Virus record (IMG/VR): IMGVR_UViG_3300011217_000001
Coordinates: 128,001 to 192,000 of that record
Reading direction: 5' to 3' (one strand)
DNA: 64,000 nucleotides
Source: a virus
Taxonomy: Duplodnaviria; Caudoviricetes
The notes beneath the pieces are model-generated. The model saw nothing but the letters and a program-made list of their open reading frames with translations. It searched no databases and was not told the DNA's origin. Of the stretch, positions 52,214 to 62,320 are shown piece by piece. How positions within the stretch are numbered: the stretch's first letter is position 1; each line of letters starts with the position of its first letter. The position numbers and the translations under genes were made by a program.

Positions 52214-53545
52214 TTAGCCCTTGTACATGCCAGCAGCCTTCTCGCCCAGGGCCAGAACCTTGGCGCCCGTGGTGATCAGGTAGCGGGTGATCGCAGCGGC
52301 CGGCGCGTCGATCACGTTGGCGCAGGACTTGGCCGCCGACAGGATCTGGCGTGCGTTGGCCTTGTTCTCGCCGGTCAGCTTTTCCGACTTCTCGGCTTCG
52401 GTCGAGAACTTGTCGCCGGCAGCCTTCACCTTGTTGATCAGGGTGTCGATCTGCTGGAACGCGTTGTTGTACTTGGCAACACGCGTGGCCAGGGCAGCGA
52501 TTTCTTCGCCGACCTTCTCCAGCTCGCCCTTGTTCGGCACGGAGATCTTGACTTCCTTGACTTCCACCGGGGTGGCGGTGTAGTCGCGGACGGACACGTT
52601 GTAGGTGCCCAGGGTCTCGATCTTCGAGGTCAGGGTGGCGCCCGGCTTCTTGCAGGTCACGAAGATGGCCTGGTTGCCCGGCAGCGGCTCGGAACGGTCC
52701 ACTTCCAGACCGGCGAAGCGCTTGTCACCCGATGCGACCTTGGCGCCAGCCACGGTCGGCACCTGGCCGATCAGGTTGTCGACGGCCTTGGCCGAGGACT
52801 CGAAGTTCTTCTCGCTGTCGAACTTCCAGTTGGTCAGGGCGGCGGTGAAGGCATCGCCGTATTCCCAGGTCTTCTTGAAGAAGTCGTCGAACAGCCAGTC
52901 ACCCTGCGCGCGCAGGCTCTTGGCGGTGTCGCCCAGACCTTCGACCTTCTTGCCGACGGCCAGGCCGCTGGCGATGTTGCCGGCGATGGTCAGCTGCTTT
53001 TCCTTCGGCTCGCCTTCCAGGCCCTTGGCAGTGGTCTGCAGGGCTTCGGCGCGGCGCTTCAGCTTCGGGGCGGCAGCGAAGAGCTTGATGAACAGCTTCT
53101 TGATGCTGTCGCGGACCTTGGCGATGGCACGCTTGATGGCTTCCCAGACCTTCTTCAGCCAGGCCTTGACGTCGGCTTCCATCGACAGGGTGGCCGACTG
53201 CTTGGAGCTGTCGCCGCCGAAGGATTCCAGCGAGGCGTGGGTGAACTTGGCCGACGGACCCAGCGGGCGCAGGGCGAAGTCGATGGCGCGCTGCGCGTAG
53301 CGGGCAGCGACCGGGTCCAGGCCGCCGTTCTTGGCATCGGCTTCCAGCGACAGGGCGATGGATTCCAGGGCTTCGGCGGTGTCTTCCAGCTGCTCGACGT
53401 TGGTCTGGTCGGCTTCGGCTTCGCCGCCGGCCTCTTCGACTTCGGTCAGGTCAGCTTCGAGGCTGTCGGCACCGGTTTCTTCGATGTCTTCAGCACCGGT
53501 CTCGTCTTCCGATTCCAGGGAGGCGAAAAAGTCGCGAACGCTCAT
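52214..53545 (-). CDS. Major internal head protein (phiKZ gp93-like, phiKZ_IP family)
   Basis: Acidic propeptide with SLE/ALE/SME sites, then KVWEAIKRAI; extreme codon bias. Confidence 0.82.
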   Translation of the reverse strand: MSVRDFFASLESEDETGAEDIEETGADSLEADLTEVEEAGGEAEADQTNVEQLEDTAEALESIALSLEADAKNGGLDPVAARYAQRAIDFALRPLGPSAKFTHASLESFGGDSSKQSATLSMEADVKAWLKKVWEAIKRAIAKVRDSIKKLFIKLFAAAPKLKRRAEALQTTAKGLEGEPKEKQLTIAGNIASGLAVGKKVEGLGDTAKSLRAQGDWLFDDFFKKTWEYGDAFTAALTNWKFDSEKNFESSAKAVDNLIGQVPTVAGAKVASGDKRFAGLEVDRSEPLPGNQAIFVTCKKPGATLTSKIETLGTYNVSVRDYTATPVEVKEVKISVPNKGELEKVGEEIAALATRVAKYNNAFQQIDTLINKVKAAGDKFSTEAEKSEKLTGENKANARQILSAAKSCANVIDAPAAAITRYLITTGAKVLALGEKAAGMYKG

Positions 53546-53740
53546 TGCATTGTCCTTCTGTATGGGTTGTGCCGGGGAATGACCCAGGCGAGTAACAGCT
53601 GTTACAGCATTCCCTGCTGCGGGTTTCTGCTAGTGGTGCGCACCAACAAAATAGATCCAAATAATACTCGTGAAAAATGCTCACTTGTTTCCAGCGGTGA
53701 GCATTTTCCCTATAGAATAGCTTGCGCTATCCTAGAGCTT

Positions 53741-54250
53741 TCAGTCGTTACGCTGCTGTTTGCTACGACCGAAGATCAGGTACAGCGAGAGGATCATGTC
53801 CTCAAAGCCGCCTTCACGCGAGCACCACTTGGTCACAACATAGGCCGAATCGTTCTCAAACATGCCCAGATCGAGCGGCACGGCGCGAACGATATTGTTC
53901 CCATGTGTGGGGAAATCGTCTTCGTTGACCAGATCGTGCCAGTTCATCGCCGACAGCTTGCGCTTACCGGAATTGATGAAGTTGACCGTATCGACCAGGA
54001 AGTCGTAGTTGAATCCCCGCAGGTTCGCATTGGCCTGCTGGTCCTTGGCCCACTCCACGAAGTTGTGGAGCAGGCGTCCGGCAACCACCAGCACCTCGGC
54101 GCGCTTGGCGAAGGACTGGGTGTTGAGCTTCTGTGCCATGAAGTCGTCGAAGATCTTGTTGATCTCCGGGTCACCATTGACACGAATCACACCCGAGCCA
54201 TTCGGCACTCGGCGGAAGTAACGGCGAGGATAGATCAGGAGAGCTGCCAT
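53741..54250 (-). CDS. Conserved jumbo-phage protein (phiKZ gp91-like)
   Basis: LLIYPRRY, FLVDTVNFI..G.R, W....GFED..L; synteny. Confidence 0.6.
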   Translation of the reverse strand: MAALLIYPRRYFRRVPNGSGVIRVNGDPEINKIFDDFMAQKLNTQSFAKRAEVLVVAGRLLHNFVEWAKDQQANANLRGFNYDFLVDTVNFINSGKRKLSAMNWHDLVNEDDFPTHGNNIVRAVPLDLGMFENDSAYVVTKWCSREGGFEDMILSLYLIFGRSKQQRND

Positions 54251-54262
54251 CGGTAACCCTCC

Positions 54263-55171
54263 TTAGTTGAGGTACTTTTCTTCGTACTTGGCAACCTGCC
54301 GGCGCTTGTCCAGCAGGCGGCGACGGGTGTACTCCAGGGCCTTGACGGCCGCCGGTTCGGAGGTACGGCCAGCGTAGACCTGCTCCAGGTTGAGCAGGCT
54401 GTATTCGATGGCACGCGCTTCTTCGACAGCCGCCTGGTAGCGATTGGCCGAGAACATGGCCAGGCCAGCACGGATGTGGAAGAACGGGTTCCAGCGCGGG
54501 GGCAGGAAGTCCATGCGCAGCGGATCGAGCTTGGCAGCACCGATACCCTGACGCATCGCATCGTCGTTTTCAGCACGCACTGCTGCGTCGGGAACCGACT
54601 TCAGCGCACGGTCCACTTCGACCAGCGGGATCTCCAGCAGCTTGCACACGCCCACGAAGCCCGGCAGACCCTTCTGGAGCATCTCCAGTTCAGCCTGCGG
54701 CATCGTGGAGGCGCCACGCTCGTTCACGTTGCCCTGAGCGGCTGCGGTTTCGCAGTCGATGGTCCACAGCAGCAGGTGGCGTGCGTAGGTGACGAAGAAG
54801 TCCAGCGCGTTGAGGTACTGGAGCACCGTGGCACGACGGTAGTCCAGCTCTTCCTGCGACACGTCCTTGTTGAAGCTGGTCTTGGTGTAGTTGTGGATCA
54901 TCGCCACCTTGGCCGGCATCTCTTCCATGAGACGCAGCAGCAGGACCGGATAGTTCGGGCCCCAGGTACGGTCGGCGTTCTCGAAGGCCTTGCTGACCTC
55001 CTGCACCGCACGACTGCGGAAACCGCCACGACCTTCCAGCACCCTCACGCCATTACGGAACGGGGCGGTGGTCAGTTCGTTGACTTCGTGGTCCAGCGCA
55101 GCCAGTGCAGCGGTGATCTGATCACGTCGCAGGGTCTCCTGGAGACCCCGGACGAATTCGAGGGCTTTCAT
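54263..55171 (-). CDS. Virion inner-body protein (phiKZ gp90-like)
   Basis: DPL..F..WNPF.H motif; synteny. Confidence 0.65.
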   Translation of the reverse strand: MKALEFVRGLQETLRRDQITAALAALDHEVNELTTAPFRNGVRVLEGRGGFRSRAVQEVSKAFENADRTWGPNYPVLLLRLMEEMPAKVAMIHNYTKTSFNKDVSQEELDYRRATVLQYLNALDFFVTYARHLLLWTIDCETAAAQGNVNERGASTMPQAELEMLQKGLPGFVGVCKLLEIPLVEVDRALKSVPDAAVRAENDDAMRQGIGAAKLDPLRMDFLPPRWNPFFHIRAGLAMFSANRYQAAVEEARAIEYSLLNLEQVYAGRTSEPAAVKALEYTRRRLLDKRRQVAKYEEKYLN

Positions 55172-55189
55172 TTCTTTTGTTTCCTTGGA

Positions 55190-56596
55190 TCAGAAGGAGG
55201 GGGCGTTCTGGCTGTTGAGCGCCTTGAAGATTTCCATGATGTCAGCAGTGCTGCTGCCACCCTTCGACGCGCCCTTGATGTCGCGCAGGTTCAGCTCGGT
55301 GGGCAGGTCGATGCCGCGATGGTAGAAGGTGACGCTCTCCCACTTCTCGTCGACCACGACCAGCACCATCAGGTAGGAACCTTCGAAGATGCGCTGACGG
55401 AAGCGGCCATCGCTGATACGACCGCGTGCATCGCGCTCCAGCTCCTTGACGGTTTCGCTGGACATCACGCACAGGTTCGAGGCGGTGGCCAGCGACGGGC
55501 TGCCACGGAAGATCGCCGCCAGGCCGTTGCTGTTGCGGGTCTTCAGGATGTTCCGGTAGGTCCGGGTGCTGTCCTGAGCCAGCGTACGGCGATGGTTGTC
55601 GATCAGGTCGGTGCAGAAGACGATGTCCTTGACGAACTCCAGCTGACCGGCACGCCACATGTGGTAGCGTTCCTTGATGGTCATGTTCTTGGACAGGTCG
55701 CCCAATATATGAACCAGGTTCCGGGGGGCGATCAGCGAAGCGATCAGGCGCAGCTGAACCGGGAAGCGAGCAGTCTGGCCGTTGTCCGTGACCGACACTT
55801 CCAGCATCTTGCCGACGCTGAGGTTGGCAGTGTCCTTCAGAACATCGACATTGGAGAACTCGGCGCCAGGCTGCGAGCGTTCGTATTCACGCTGCTCTTC
55901 TTCAGCCAGACGACGTTCTTCTTCGGCCATCTGCCGCAGCTCTTCCTGCTTTTCACGTCGATCAGCGCGGGTGCGCTGGTCGGCGAAGCGGGCTTCTTCC
56001 AGCTCCTGCTTACGACGCTCGGCGTCGGCACGACTCTGGTCGCGCAGGCGGTTCTGGTATTCGCGATCGGCTTCGCCTTCGCGCTGCTCCATCTGACGAC
56101 GCTGTTCGGCGTTGAAACGGCGGGTGTCCAGAGCCAGGCGACGCTCGTCCAGCTTCATGCGCTGCTGCTGGTAATCGTCAGCTTCCAGGCCGTAGCTTTC
56201 CAGACCCGGAGTCGGCAGGTTCGGCGAAGGCAGGCCGAAGCGGTAGGACTCCATCGAAGACATCAGGTAGGCGGAGGCGCGCTGCATGTCAGCCGCGCCC
56301 AGGCCGGAACGCTTGGGGTTCAGCGGTTCCAACAGACGCACCACGTCGACACGTCCGACGTTGACACGCAGGCTGACCGCCATCATGTAGTAGGCTGCGA
56401 AGAGCGAGGTGAGCGACTGCATGATGTCGCCCATGTACGGCTGTGACTGCAGGCGTGCATCGACCAGCGCGACCGGCTCCACGCGAGTGGGCTGGGACAC
56501 GTCAATCAGTGACTTGTTGTTCTTTGCGAACAGGAATGGCAGCGACTGGGTCACGAACTTCAGCGCGGTATTCGCCAGCACCGATTTGAGAATCAT
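55190..56596 (-). CDS. Virion inner-body protein (phiKZ gp89-like)
   Basis: SLID...TRVEP..LVD, NLSVGKML.V, ER...W.AG....D...C.DLI; long charged insertion. Confidence 0.7.
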   Translation of the reverse strand: MILKSVLANTALKFVTQSLPFLFAKNNKSLIDVSQPTRVEPVALVDARLQSQPYMGDIMQSLTSLFAAYYMMAVSLRVNVGRVDVVRLLEPLNPKRSGLGAADMQRASAYLMSSMESYRFGLPSPNLPTPGLESYGLEADDYQQQRMKLDERRLALDTRRFNAEQRRQMEQREGEADREYQNRLRDQSRADAERRKQELEEARFADQRTRADRREKQEELRQMAEEERRLAEEEQREYERSQPGAEFSNVDVLKDTANLSVGKMLEVSVTDNGQTARFPVQLRLIASLIAPRNLVHILGDLSKNMTIKERYHMWRAGQLEFVKDIVFCTDLIDNHRRTLAQDSTRTYRNILKTRNSNGLAAIFRGSPSLATASNLCVMSSETVKELERDARGRISDGRFRQRIFEGSYLMVLVVVDEKWESVTFYHRGIDLPTELNLRDIKGASKGGSSTADIMEIFKALNSQNAPSF

Positions 56597-56629
56597 TGGA
56601 AAGCCCTTTTATCGGAGGTTGAAACAGAA

Positions 56630-57664
56630 ATGGGTACATATCAAGAGGATATCAACCTGATCTCACAAGGATCAGGCCTTGGTTCCTTCAGCCGAGCATC
56701 GAGTGATGCGTTGTACGGCATCAACCATCGCGGCTTGGGCAATCCGATCCCCCTGAATACCGACAATCAGGGTCTGATCTTTTTCACCAGGCCTTTGTTG
56801 AATCTTGCTTACGACAACGTTGCATCGTGCCGCCAGCTGACACCTCTTTTGACGCCTGAGGAATACAGCTACCAGCGGGCCATCCGCAGCCTGCTTGATC
56901 CGTGGGGTAATGGACCTGAACACCCCGGGATCCGTAAGGCCGTGAATACCCCTCTGGTCGATCCGAAGCAAGCGTTCATAACGCCGCTGACCAACCACCT
57001 CCTCAGTCTGACGGGGTGGCCTGATCAAGAGCTCGATACGTTCACTTCGAAACCGGGTGCGCACCGGGAAGTTTACACGATGGCCGATGGCATCTCGCGT
57101 GACTTCTCAGCCTTCCCACTCACTGCAACTTACCGCAATGTGACAGGCGACCCTATAACATTGCTGTATTACGTGTGGATGAAGTACATCGCCGAAGTAA
57201 CGCAAGGGACGATGCTGCCGTATCCGCAGATGGTGCTGGAAAACGAGATCGACTACATGACGCGAATCTATCGCCTCGTGCTCGATCCCACGCGCCAGTA
57301 CGTGCAGCGAATCACTGCCTGCGCAGGCGCTTTCCCCACGGCCAATCCGCTGGGCGCGGTGTTCAACTTCAATGCCGATCAGGCCATGAGTCAGGACAGT
57401 AAGGAGATCGCAGTTCGTTTCCAGTGCGTTGGTTACGAGCCGTACGACCCGATCCTGTTTGTGGAGTTCAACTCCACTGTCTGCTTCTTCAACCGCGACA
57501 TGTTCGACGGTACTCGCGAAGAGAAGATGCAGCGTCTGACCAAGGCTGAGTTGGTCTATTTCAATTACAGAGGCTATCCTCGAATCGATCCGAAGTCTGG
57601 CCGCCTTGAATGGTGGGTCACCAAGCTCGATTATGAAGATGCCAAGAGGAGACTGCTGTCGTGA
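56630..57664 (+). CDS. Virion structural protein (phiKZ gp88-like)
   Basis: GINHR, GLIFFTRP.LNL, EIDY.TRIYRLVLDP, YPRI; divergent orientation as in phiKZ. Confidence 0.72.
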   Translation: MGTYQEDINLISQGSGLGSFSRASSDALYGINHRGLGNPIPLNTDNQGLIFFTRPLLNLAYDNVASCRQLTPLLTPEEYSYQRAIRSLLDPWGNGPEHPGIRKAVNTPLVDPKQAFITPLTNHLLSLTGWPDQELDTFTSKPGAHREVYTMADGISRDFSAFPLTATYRNVTGDPITLLYYVWMKYIAEVTQGTMLPYPQMVLENEIDYMTRIYRLVLDPTRQYVQRITACAGAFPTANPLGAVFNFNADQAMSQDSKEIAVRFQCVGYEPYDPILFVEFNSTVCFFNRDMFDGTREEKMQRLTKAELVYFNYRGYPRIDPKSGRLEWWVTKLDYEDAKRRLLS

Positions 57665-60570
57665 ATTCGAGCGATGTTCTGGTGCTGTTGGACAAGGCAC
57701 GTTACAACCCTGGCGCCATGTTCGAAGTTGGTATCGACATGCTGGAGCAGGCCAACAGCGGCGAGCTGGTGTTCGTCGACGCCAGCCAGCCGGCTGTGCA
57801 GGTCATCGAGATGGCCGCTACTCTGGCCGCTTCGAGCATGCATGAAAGTGCTGCCAACACGCGTCGTCAGTTCGCCCGAATGGCATTGGACGAGGAAGAG
57901 CTGTACCTGCACATGTCCGACAAGGACTACATCGGCCGCTGGGCTACCCCGGCACGTACCACGATCACCGTGGCGATGGCCTTGGAAGAAGTTCTGGCAC
58001 GCGCTGTCCCGACCGGTGTGAATGGCGTGCAGAAGATGGTCATCCCGCGCAACACCGAGTTCGTGGTGGCGGGCGTGACCTTCTCGATGCAGTACCCGAT
58101 CGAGATCCGCATCAACAGCGCTGGCACCGAACGCGTGGTCTACGACGTAACCCGCCCGTCTCCGCTCATGCCGTTGTCCACCAACCTGCTCAAGACGTGG
58201 AAGAGCAGTGCGCAGGGCGGGATCGAGATGCTGTTCATCGAAATCCCCGTGATGCAGATGAAGGTGACCAGCAGCAACTTCACCGTCAGTAAGGCCGTGC
58301 CGACCAGTGGTGCGATCTCCTTCGCTGGCAGCTACTACGCCACCCGTGCCTATCACCGTTCCGGTGACGGTCCGTGGGAAGAGATCCCCACGACCGAAAC
58401 CCGCCAGGTGTTCGACCCGGCTCAGCCGACCCTGTCGCTGCAGGTGTTCTCCGATCGAGTCAAGTACGCGGTGCCGGAGGTCTACTCCACGGCCGGCACG
58501 ATCAAGAAGCAGCTGCGTGTGGATGTCTACTCCACCGAAGGCGAGCTGTCGATGATCCTGTCCAACTACGAGTCCGACGCGTTCGATTATCGCTGGCAGG
58601 ATTTCGACAACGACGACAACGGCCTGTACTGGGCAGCGCTGGAGAACATCTCCACGCTGCTGGTCTTCTCCGACGAAGTGGTCACAGGTGGCAGCGGTGC
58701 CAAGCCGTTCGAGGTGTTGCGTGAGCAGGTCATGATGAATGCCCACGGCGCTTCCAATCAGCCGATCACCCCGTGGCAGATCATCTCCACGCTGACCAAC
58801 GAGGGTTACTCCTCGGTGAAGACCGTGGACAACCTGACCCGCCGTATCTACAAGACCTCCCGTCCTCTGCCGTTGCCGGAAGATGGTTCGGTGCTCAGTC
58901 CCATCGGCGCAGGTATCATGACCTTCCAGCAGTCGCTGGATGGCCTGAAGAACTACCCCGGCGTCAAGGACAACGGTGAGCGCGTCACCCTGACCCCGAG
59001 CATTCTGTACAAGCTCGACAATGGTCTGGTCAAGATCGTGGAGCAGGACGAGCTGAACATGGTCAACGGGGCGATCCCGGAAACCAAGGCTCGCTTGATC
59101 AACGCCGAGCGTTACTTGTACAGTCCGTACCACTACGTGTTGGACATCACCGGCAACGTGTTCGACGCTCGCGGCTATTACCTGGACAACCCGTCCATCG
59201 ACAGCCGCAACTTCATCGCCGAGAACGATACGCTGGGGATGACCATCTCCACTGAGAGCTTCGACATCGAGCGCACCGAGAAGGGTTACCGCATCACCGT
59301 GGTCACCGCGTCGAGCGAAGAAGCGCTGGCTCTGCCGGATGAAAGCGTCCATGCACAGCTGAGCTTCCAGCCGACCGGTGAGAGCGGCCGTGCGTACCTC
59401 AACGGCGTGCTGGACGTCAAGCTGGCCAGTGGCGAACGTGCGTTCGTGTTCGAGCTGGAAAGCAACCTGGACATCAACGCCAACGACGACATGTACCTGA
59501 CCAACTTCCAGATGTTCGGTGGAAGCACCCGTCCGGTTCCTGTCTCGCTGACCGAGAGCTTCGATCTGTTCTACGTGCTGAGCGACTTCCGTCCTGTGGA
59601 TGCGCTGAACACGGATATCGATCTGCTCATGTCCAAGGAGATGCTGCCGGAAGACGCCATCGGTCTGACCCATGAGAAGTTCAACACCAACATGGGCAGT
59701 GCGCTGGACGGTCTGTGGACGGCTTCGCGTTCTGTGACTTCCTCGGAAGATTACAAGCGCTACGCCGCTGACGTACCTTGGACCTACGAGGAACCGGAGT
59801 TCGAGCGCGATCCCAACACTGGCACGATTCTGTACGATGTCGTCAACGGCGAGATCAAGTACCGGATGCTGCATGCCAAGGGTGAGGTCCGTCTGGATGA
59901 CGACGGCAAGCCGATGATCCGCTTCATGAAGGGCGACGTCATGCGTGATGCCGACGGCAACCCGATCGTCGAATCCACCCGCAAGATGACCCGTCAGGTT
60001 GACCTGTTCTTCTTGGATGGCAAGTACTGGTTCGCAACCAACCAGGCTTCGCTGGACTACCGTGACAGCACTGCGCAGACCGTGGTTCGTTGGCTCACTA
60101 CCGACATTGCCACCATCCGTGCCAAGTTGCTGGAAGGCACCGAGCTGTACTTCGCCCCGCAGACCACGCTGGGCAACGTGCAGGTCATGGTGGAGGAAGG
60201 TCTGGTCTCGACCATCCCGGCCGAGCAGGGTCTGCGTGTTGGCCTGTACCTGGGCCGTGCGGAGTACGCCGACGCTCGACTGCGTGAGTCGCTGACGCGT
60301 TCGATCAAGCTGGTCATCGCTGATCGCATGATTCAGACCCGCGTGGCAATCGACGACATCCTCGACAAGCTGCGTGAGGAGATCGGCAACGAAGCGATCG
60401 CATTCAGTGTGTCCGGGTTGGGTGGTGCAAACAACTTCCCACTCGTCACGCTGATGGACGATACTCTGCGTTGCTCTGTCCGCAAGCGTGTTGTCACCAA
60501 GAGCGATGATACCCTGGCGGTGGAGGACGACGTGCAGATCGATCCGCTGCGTCACACGGTCGCCAAGTAA
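57661..60570 (+). CDS. Large virion structural protein, baseplate wedge-like (phiKZ gp87-like)
   Basis: 969 aa; LYLHMSDKDYIGR, FSMQYPIEI, YLYSPYHYVLD. Confidence 0.75.
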   Translation: MNSSDVLVLLDKARYNPGAMFEVGIDMLEQANSGELVFVDASQPAVQVIEMAATLAASSMHESAANTRRQFARMALDEEELYLHMSDKDYIGRWATPARTTITVAMALEEVLARAVPTGVNGVQKMVIPRNTEFVVAGVTFSMQYPIEIRINSAGTERVVYDVTRPSPLMPLSTNLLKTWKSSAQGGIEMLFIEIPVMQMKVTSSNFTVSKAVPTSGAISFAGSYYATRAYHRSGDGPWEEIPTTETRQVFDPAQPTLSLQVFSDRVKYAVPEVYSTAGTIKKQLRVDVYSTEGELSMILSNYESDAFDYRWQDFDNDDNGLYWAALENISTLLVFSDEVVTGGSGAKPFEVLREQVMMNAHGASNQPITPWQIISTLTNEGYSSVKTVDNLTRRIYKTSRPLPLPEDGSVLSPIGAGIMTFQQSLDGLKNYPGVKDNGERVTLTPSILYKLDNGLVKIVEQDELNMVNGAIPETKARLINAERYLYSPYHYVLDITGNVFDARGYYLDNPSIDSRNFIAENDTLGMTISTESFDIERTEKGYRITVVTASSEEALALPDESVHAQLSFQPTGESGRAYLNGVLDVKLASGERAFVFELESNLDINANDDMYLTNFQMFGGSTRPVPVSLTESFDLFYVLSDFRPVDALNTDIDLLMSKEMLPEDAIGLTHEKFNTNMGSALDGLWTASRSVTSSEDYKRYAADVPWTYEEPEFERDPNTGTILYDVVNGEIKYRMLHAKGEVRLDDDGKPMIRFMKGDVMRDADGNPIVESTRKMTRQVDLFFLDGKYWFATNQASLDYRDSTAQTVVRWLTTDIATIRAKLLEGTELYFAPQTTLGNVQVMVEEGLVSTIPAEQGLRVGLYLGRAEYADARLRESLTRSIKLVIADRMIQTRVAIDDILDKLREEIGNEAIAFSVSGLGGANNFPLVTLMDDTLRCSVRKRVVTKSDDTLAVEDDVQIDPLRHTVAK

Positions 60571-60571
60571 G

Positions 60572-60610
60572 GGCATATCGGGAGGGGCTTTCGCCCCTCC
60601 CTCTATGTCG
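60572..60610. terminator. Bidirectional hairpin between convergent genes
   Basis: ggcata..GGGAGGGGC-tttc-GCCCCTCCC-tctatgtc. Confidence 0.75.
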
Positions 60611-60611
60611 C

Positions 60612-61862
60612 TTAGAAACGACGCATGCGGCGCTTCAGTTCAGCGGTGATCTTCGCAACACGACCACGCAGTTCAGCATCGTCGGATGCTACGGCCAGCT
60701 TGTTCAGCTCGGAGAAGAAGGCCAACATGCGGTTCAGCGAGAGCGTGAGCAGGCGACGACGAGCCGCTGCCATCACTTCCACTGCATTCCACATGACCAC
60801 CAGAGCACGGGTCTCTTCGGTGATGTTCTTCAGCGCCTTGCTGTAGGTGGAGGCCACCCGTGGATCGGACGAGGTGGTCTTCTCCACCGACTTCAGCTTG
60901 CGGGCAGCCGCGTTCAGACGAACGGCACCGCGCAGCGAGCTTTCCATCGGGCCGTAGACCGAACGGGTCACGAACGCACCATCGACCACACGCTTGACCA
61001 GACGATCGATATCGTCCACGGCGACGGGCTGCTGATCCAGCTTGGTGACGGACTGGAAGATCGCGTTGGCCACCGGCAGGATGTCCGAGTGGATCGACTC
61101 GGCCACGAACACACCCGAGGTCACTTCACCGGGGAAGGAGAACATCGGGATCGGACGGGCGATCTCATCGAGCATGTCCACCAGCACGTCGTTGGAACGC
61201 TGGTCGCCTTCACGCACGGTCTGGCCGGAGAGGCGGATGTAGTTGGAGATCTTCTCGCTGAGCTTCTCCTCCCACTGGTCCAGCTTCTCCCAGCAGGTGC
61301 CGAGGAAGGTGGAGTACGGACCGCTGGTCAGCAGGTCTTCGTGGATGGCGCGCATCTGGCTGAGCATCTCACGATCGTTGCCCAGACGCTTGCGGATCTC
61401 CTGCAGCGGCGTACCCTGGAACAGCGGCTCGACTTCTTCCATGGCCTCGCCGAGCGCCATGACGTTGTTGACCACGACCGAGGTCTTGGCTTCCTTGGTA
61501 CGGTTGGAGCGGAAATACTCCACCATCCACATAGTCAACTTGATGAGCAGGGCAGCAGCCACACCCACCAGCGCGCCGATCAGGACAGCCTGGCCGACAG
61601 TAATCGCTTCCTGCGCCACCTTCAGGTTGGTGGTCGAGGGTTCCTTGGTGAAGCTCTTGACCGGAATGCGGCCGAGCTCGATGGCGTGCTCGACGACGAG
61701 CTGTTCGGCCATTTCCATCGAGATACCGCCGACTTCAGCGATGCGCTCGATATGACCGCGCAGTGCTTCCATCGAGGTTTCGATGTCTTCGATCTGGGTC
61801 TGCTCTTCAGCGCCGAGGTCTTCGGGGAGCAGGGTGCTTTCTTCGAGGTCAGTAACGTCCAT
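60612..61862 (-). CDS. Virion head protein (phiKZ gp86-like)
   Basis: SME/AQE sites, FTKEPSTTNL motif, TM segment; synteny. Confidence 0.65.
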   Translation of the reverse strand: MDVTDLEESTLLPEDLGAEEQTQIEDIETSMEALRGHIERIAEVGGISMEMAEQLVVEHAIELGRIPVKSFTKEPSTTNLKVAQEAITVGQAVLIGALVGVAAALLIKLTMWMVEYFRSNRTKEAKTSVVVNNVMALGEAMEEVEPLFQGTPLQEIRKRLGNDREMLSQMRAIHEDLLTSGPYSTFLGTCWEKLDQWEEKLSEKISNYIRLSGQTVREGDQRSNDVLVDMLDEIARPIPMFSFPGEVTSGVFVAESIHSDILPVANAIFQSVTKLDQQPVAVDDIDRLVKRVVDGAFVTRSVYGPMESSLRGAVRLNAAARKLKSVEKTTSSDPRVASTYSKALKNITEETRALVVMWNAVEVMAAARRRLLTLSLNRMLAFFSELNKLAVASDDAELRGRVAKITAELKRRMRRF

Positions 61863-62320
61863 CAGAACTTCTCGCCTTGTTTGGTGGTGTGCTCTTCGAA
61901 ACGACGGACCAGGAAACGAATCTGGCGCTGACGCTTCTCATCGCGGAGGGAGTTGACGAGATCGAAGCTGATCTCGCCCAGGGTGCCGGAGCTGAGCGCC
62001 TGCTCCAGGGCGATGATCGCCGAGGGGTGGCTGGGTTCGTACACCATGCGGTAGCGGGTTTTCCAGAGGCCCATGGTCAGGCTCTGGATGGCCGGTACGT
62101 TCAGGGGCTCGCGCTCGTTGACCTTGGAGATGATGCGGTTGGTCTCGTCCCGGAAGTTCTGGACGAAGTACGACTCCACGTTCTCCACCGGACCAGACGG
62201 CAGTGCCAGTGCGTATGCCATTGCCAGGGCAAGCGCGGCGGTGACCACCTCCAGACGCTCCTTGCCCATCAGGCCGTCGCAGTCCAGAGCCATGGTCACC
62301 GAGTCAGGGATGCCGTCCAT
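61862..62320 (-). CDS. Virion protein (phiKZ gp85-like)
   Basis: 152 aa; synteny. Confidence 0.55.
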   Translation of the reverse strand: MDGIPDSVTMALDCDGLMGKERLEVVTAALALAMAYALALPSGPVENVESYFVQNFRDETNRIISKVNEREPLNVPAIQSLTMGLWKTRYRMVYEPSHPSAIIALEQALSSGTLGEISFDLVNSLRDEKRQRQIRFLVRRFEEHTTKQGEKF

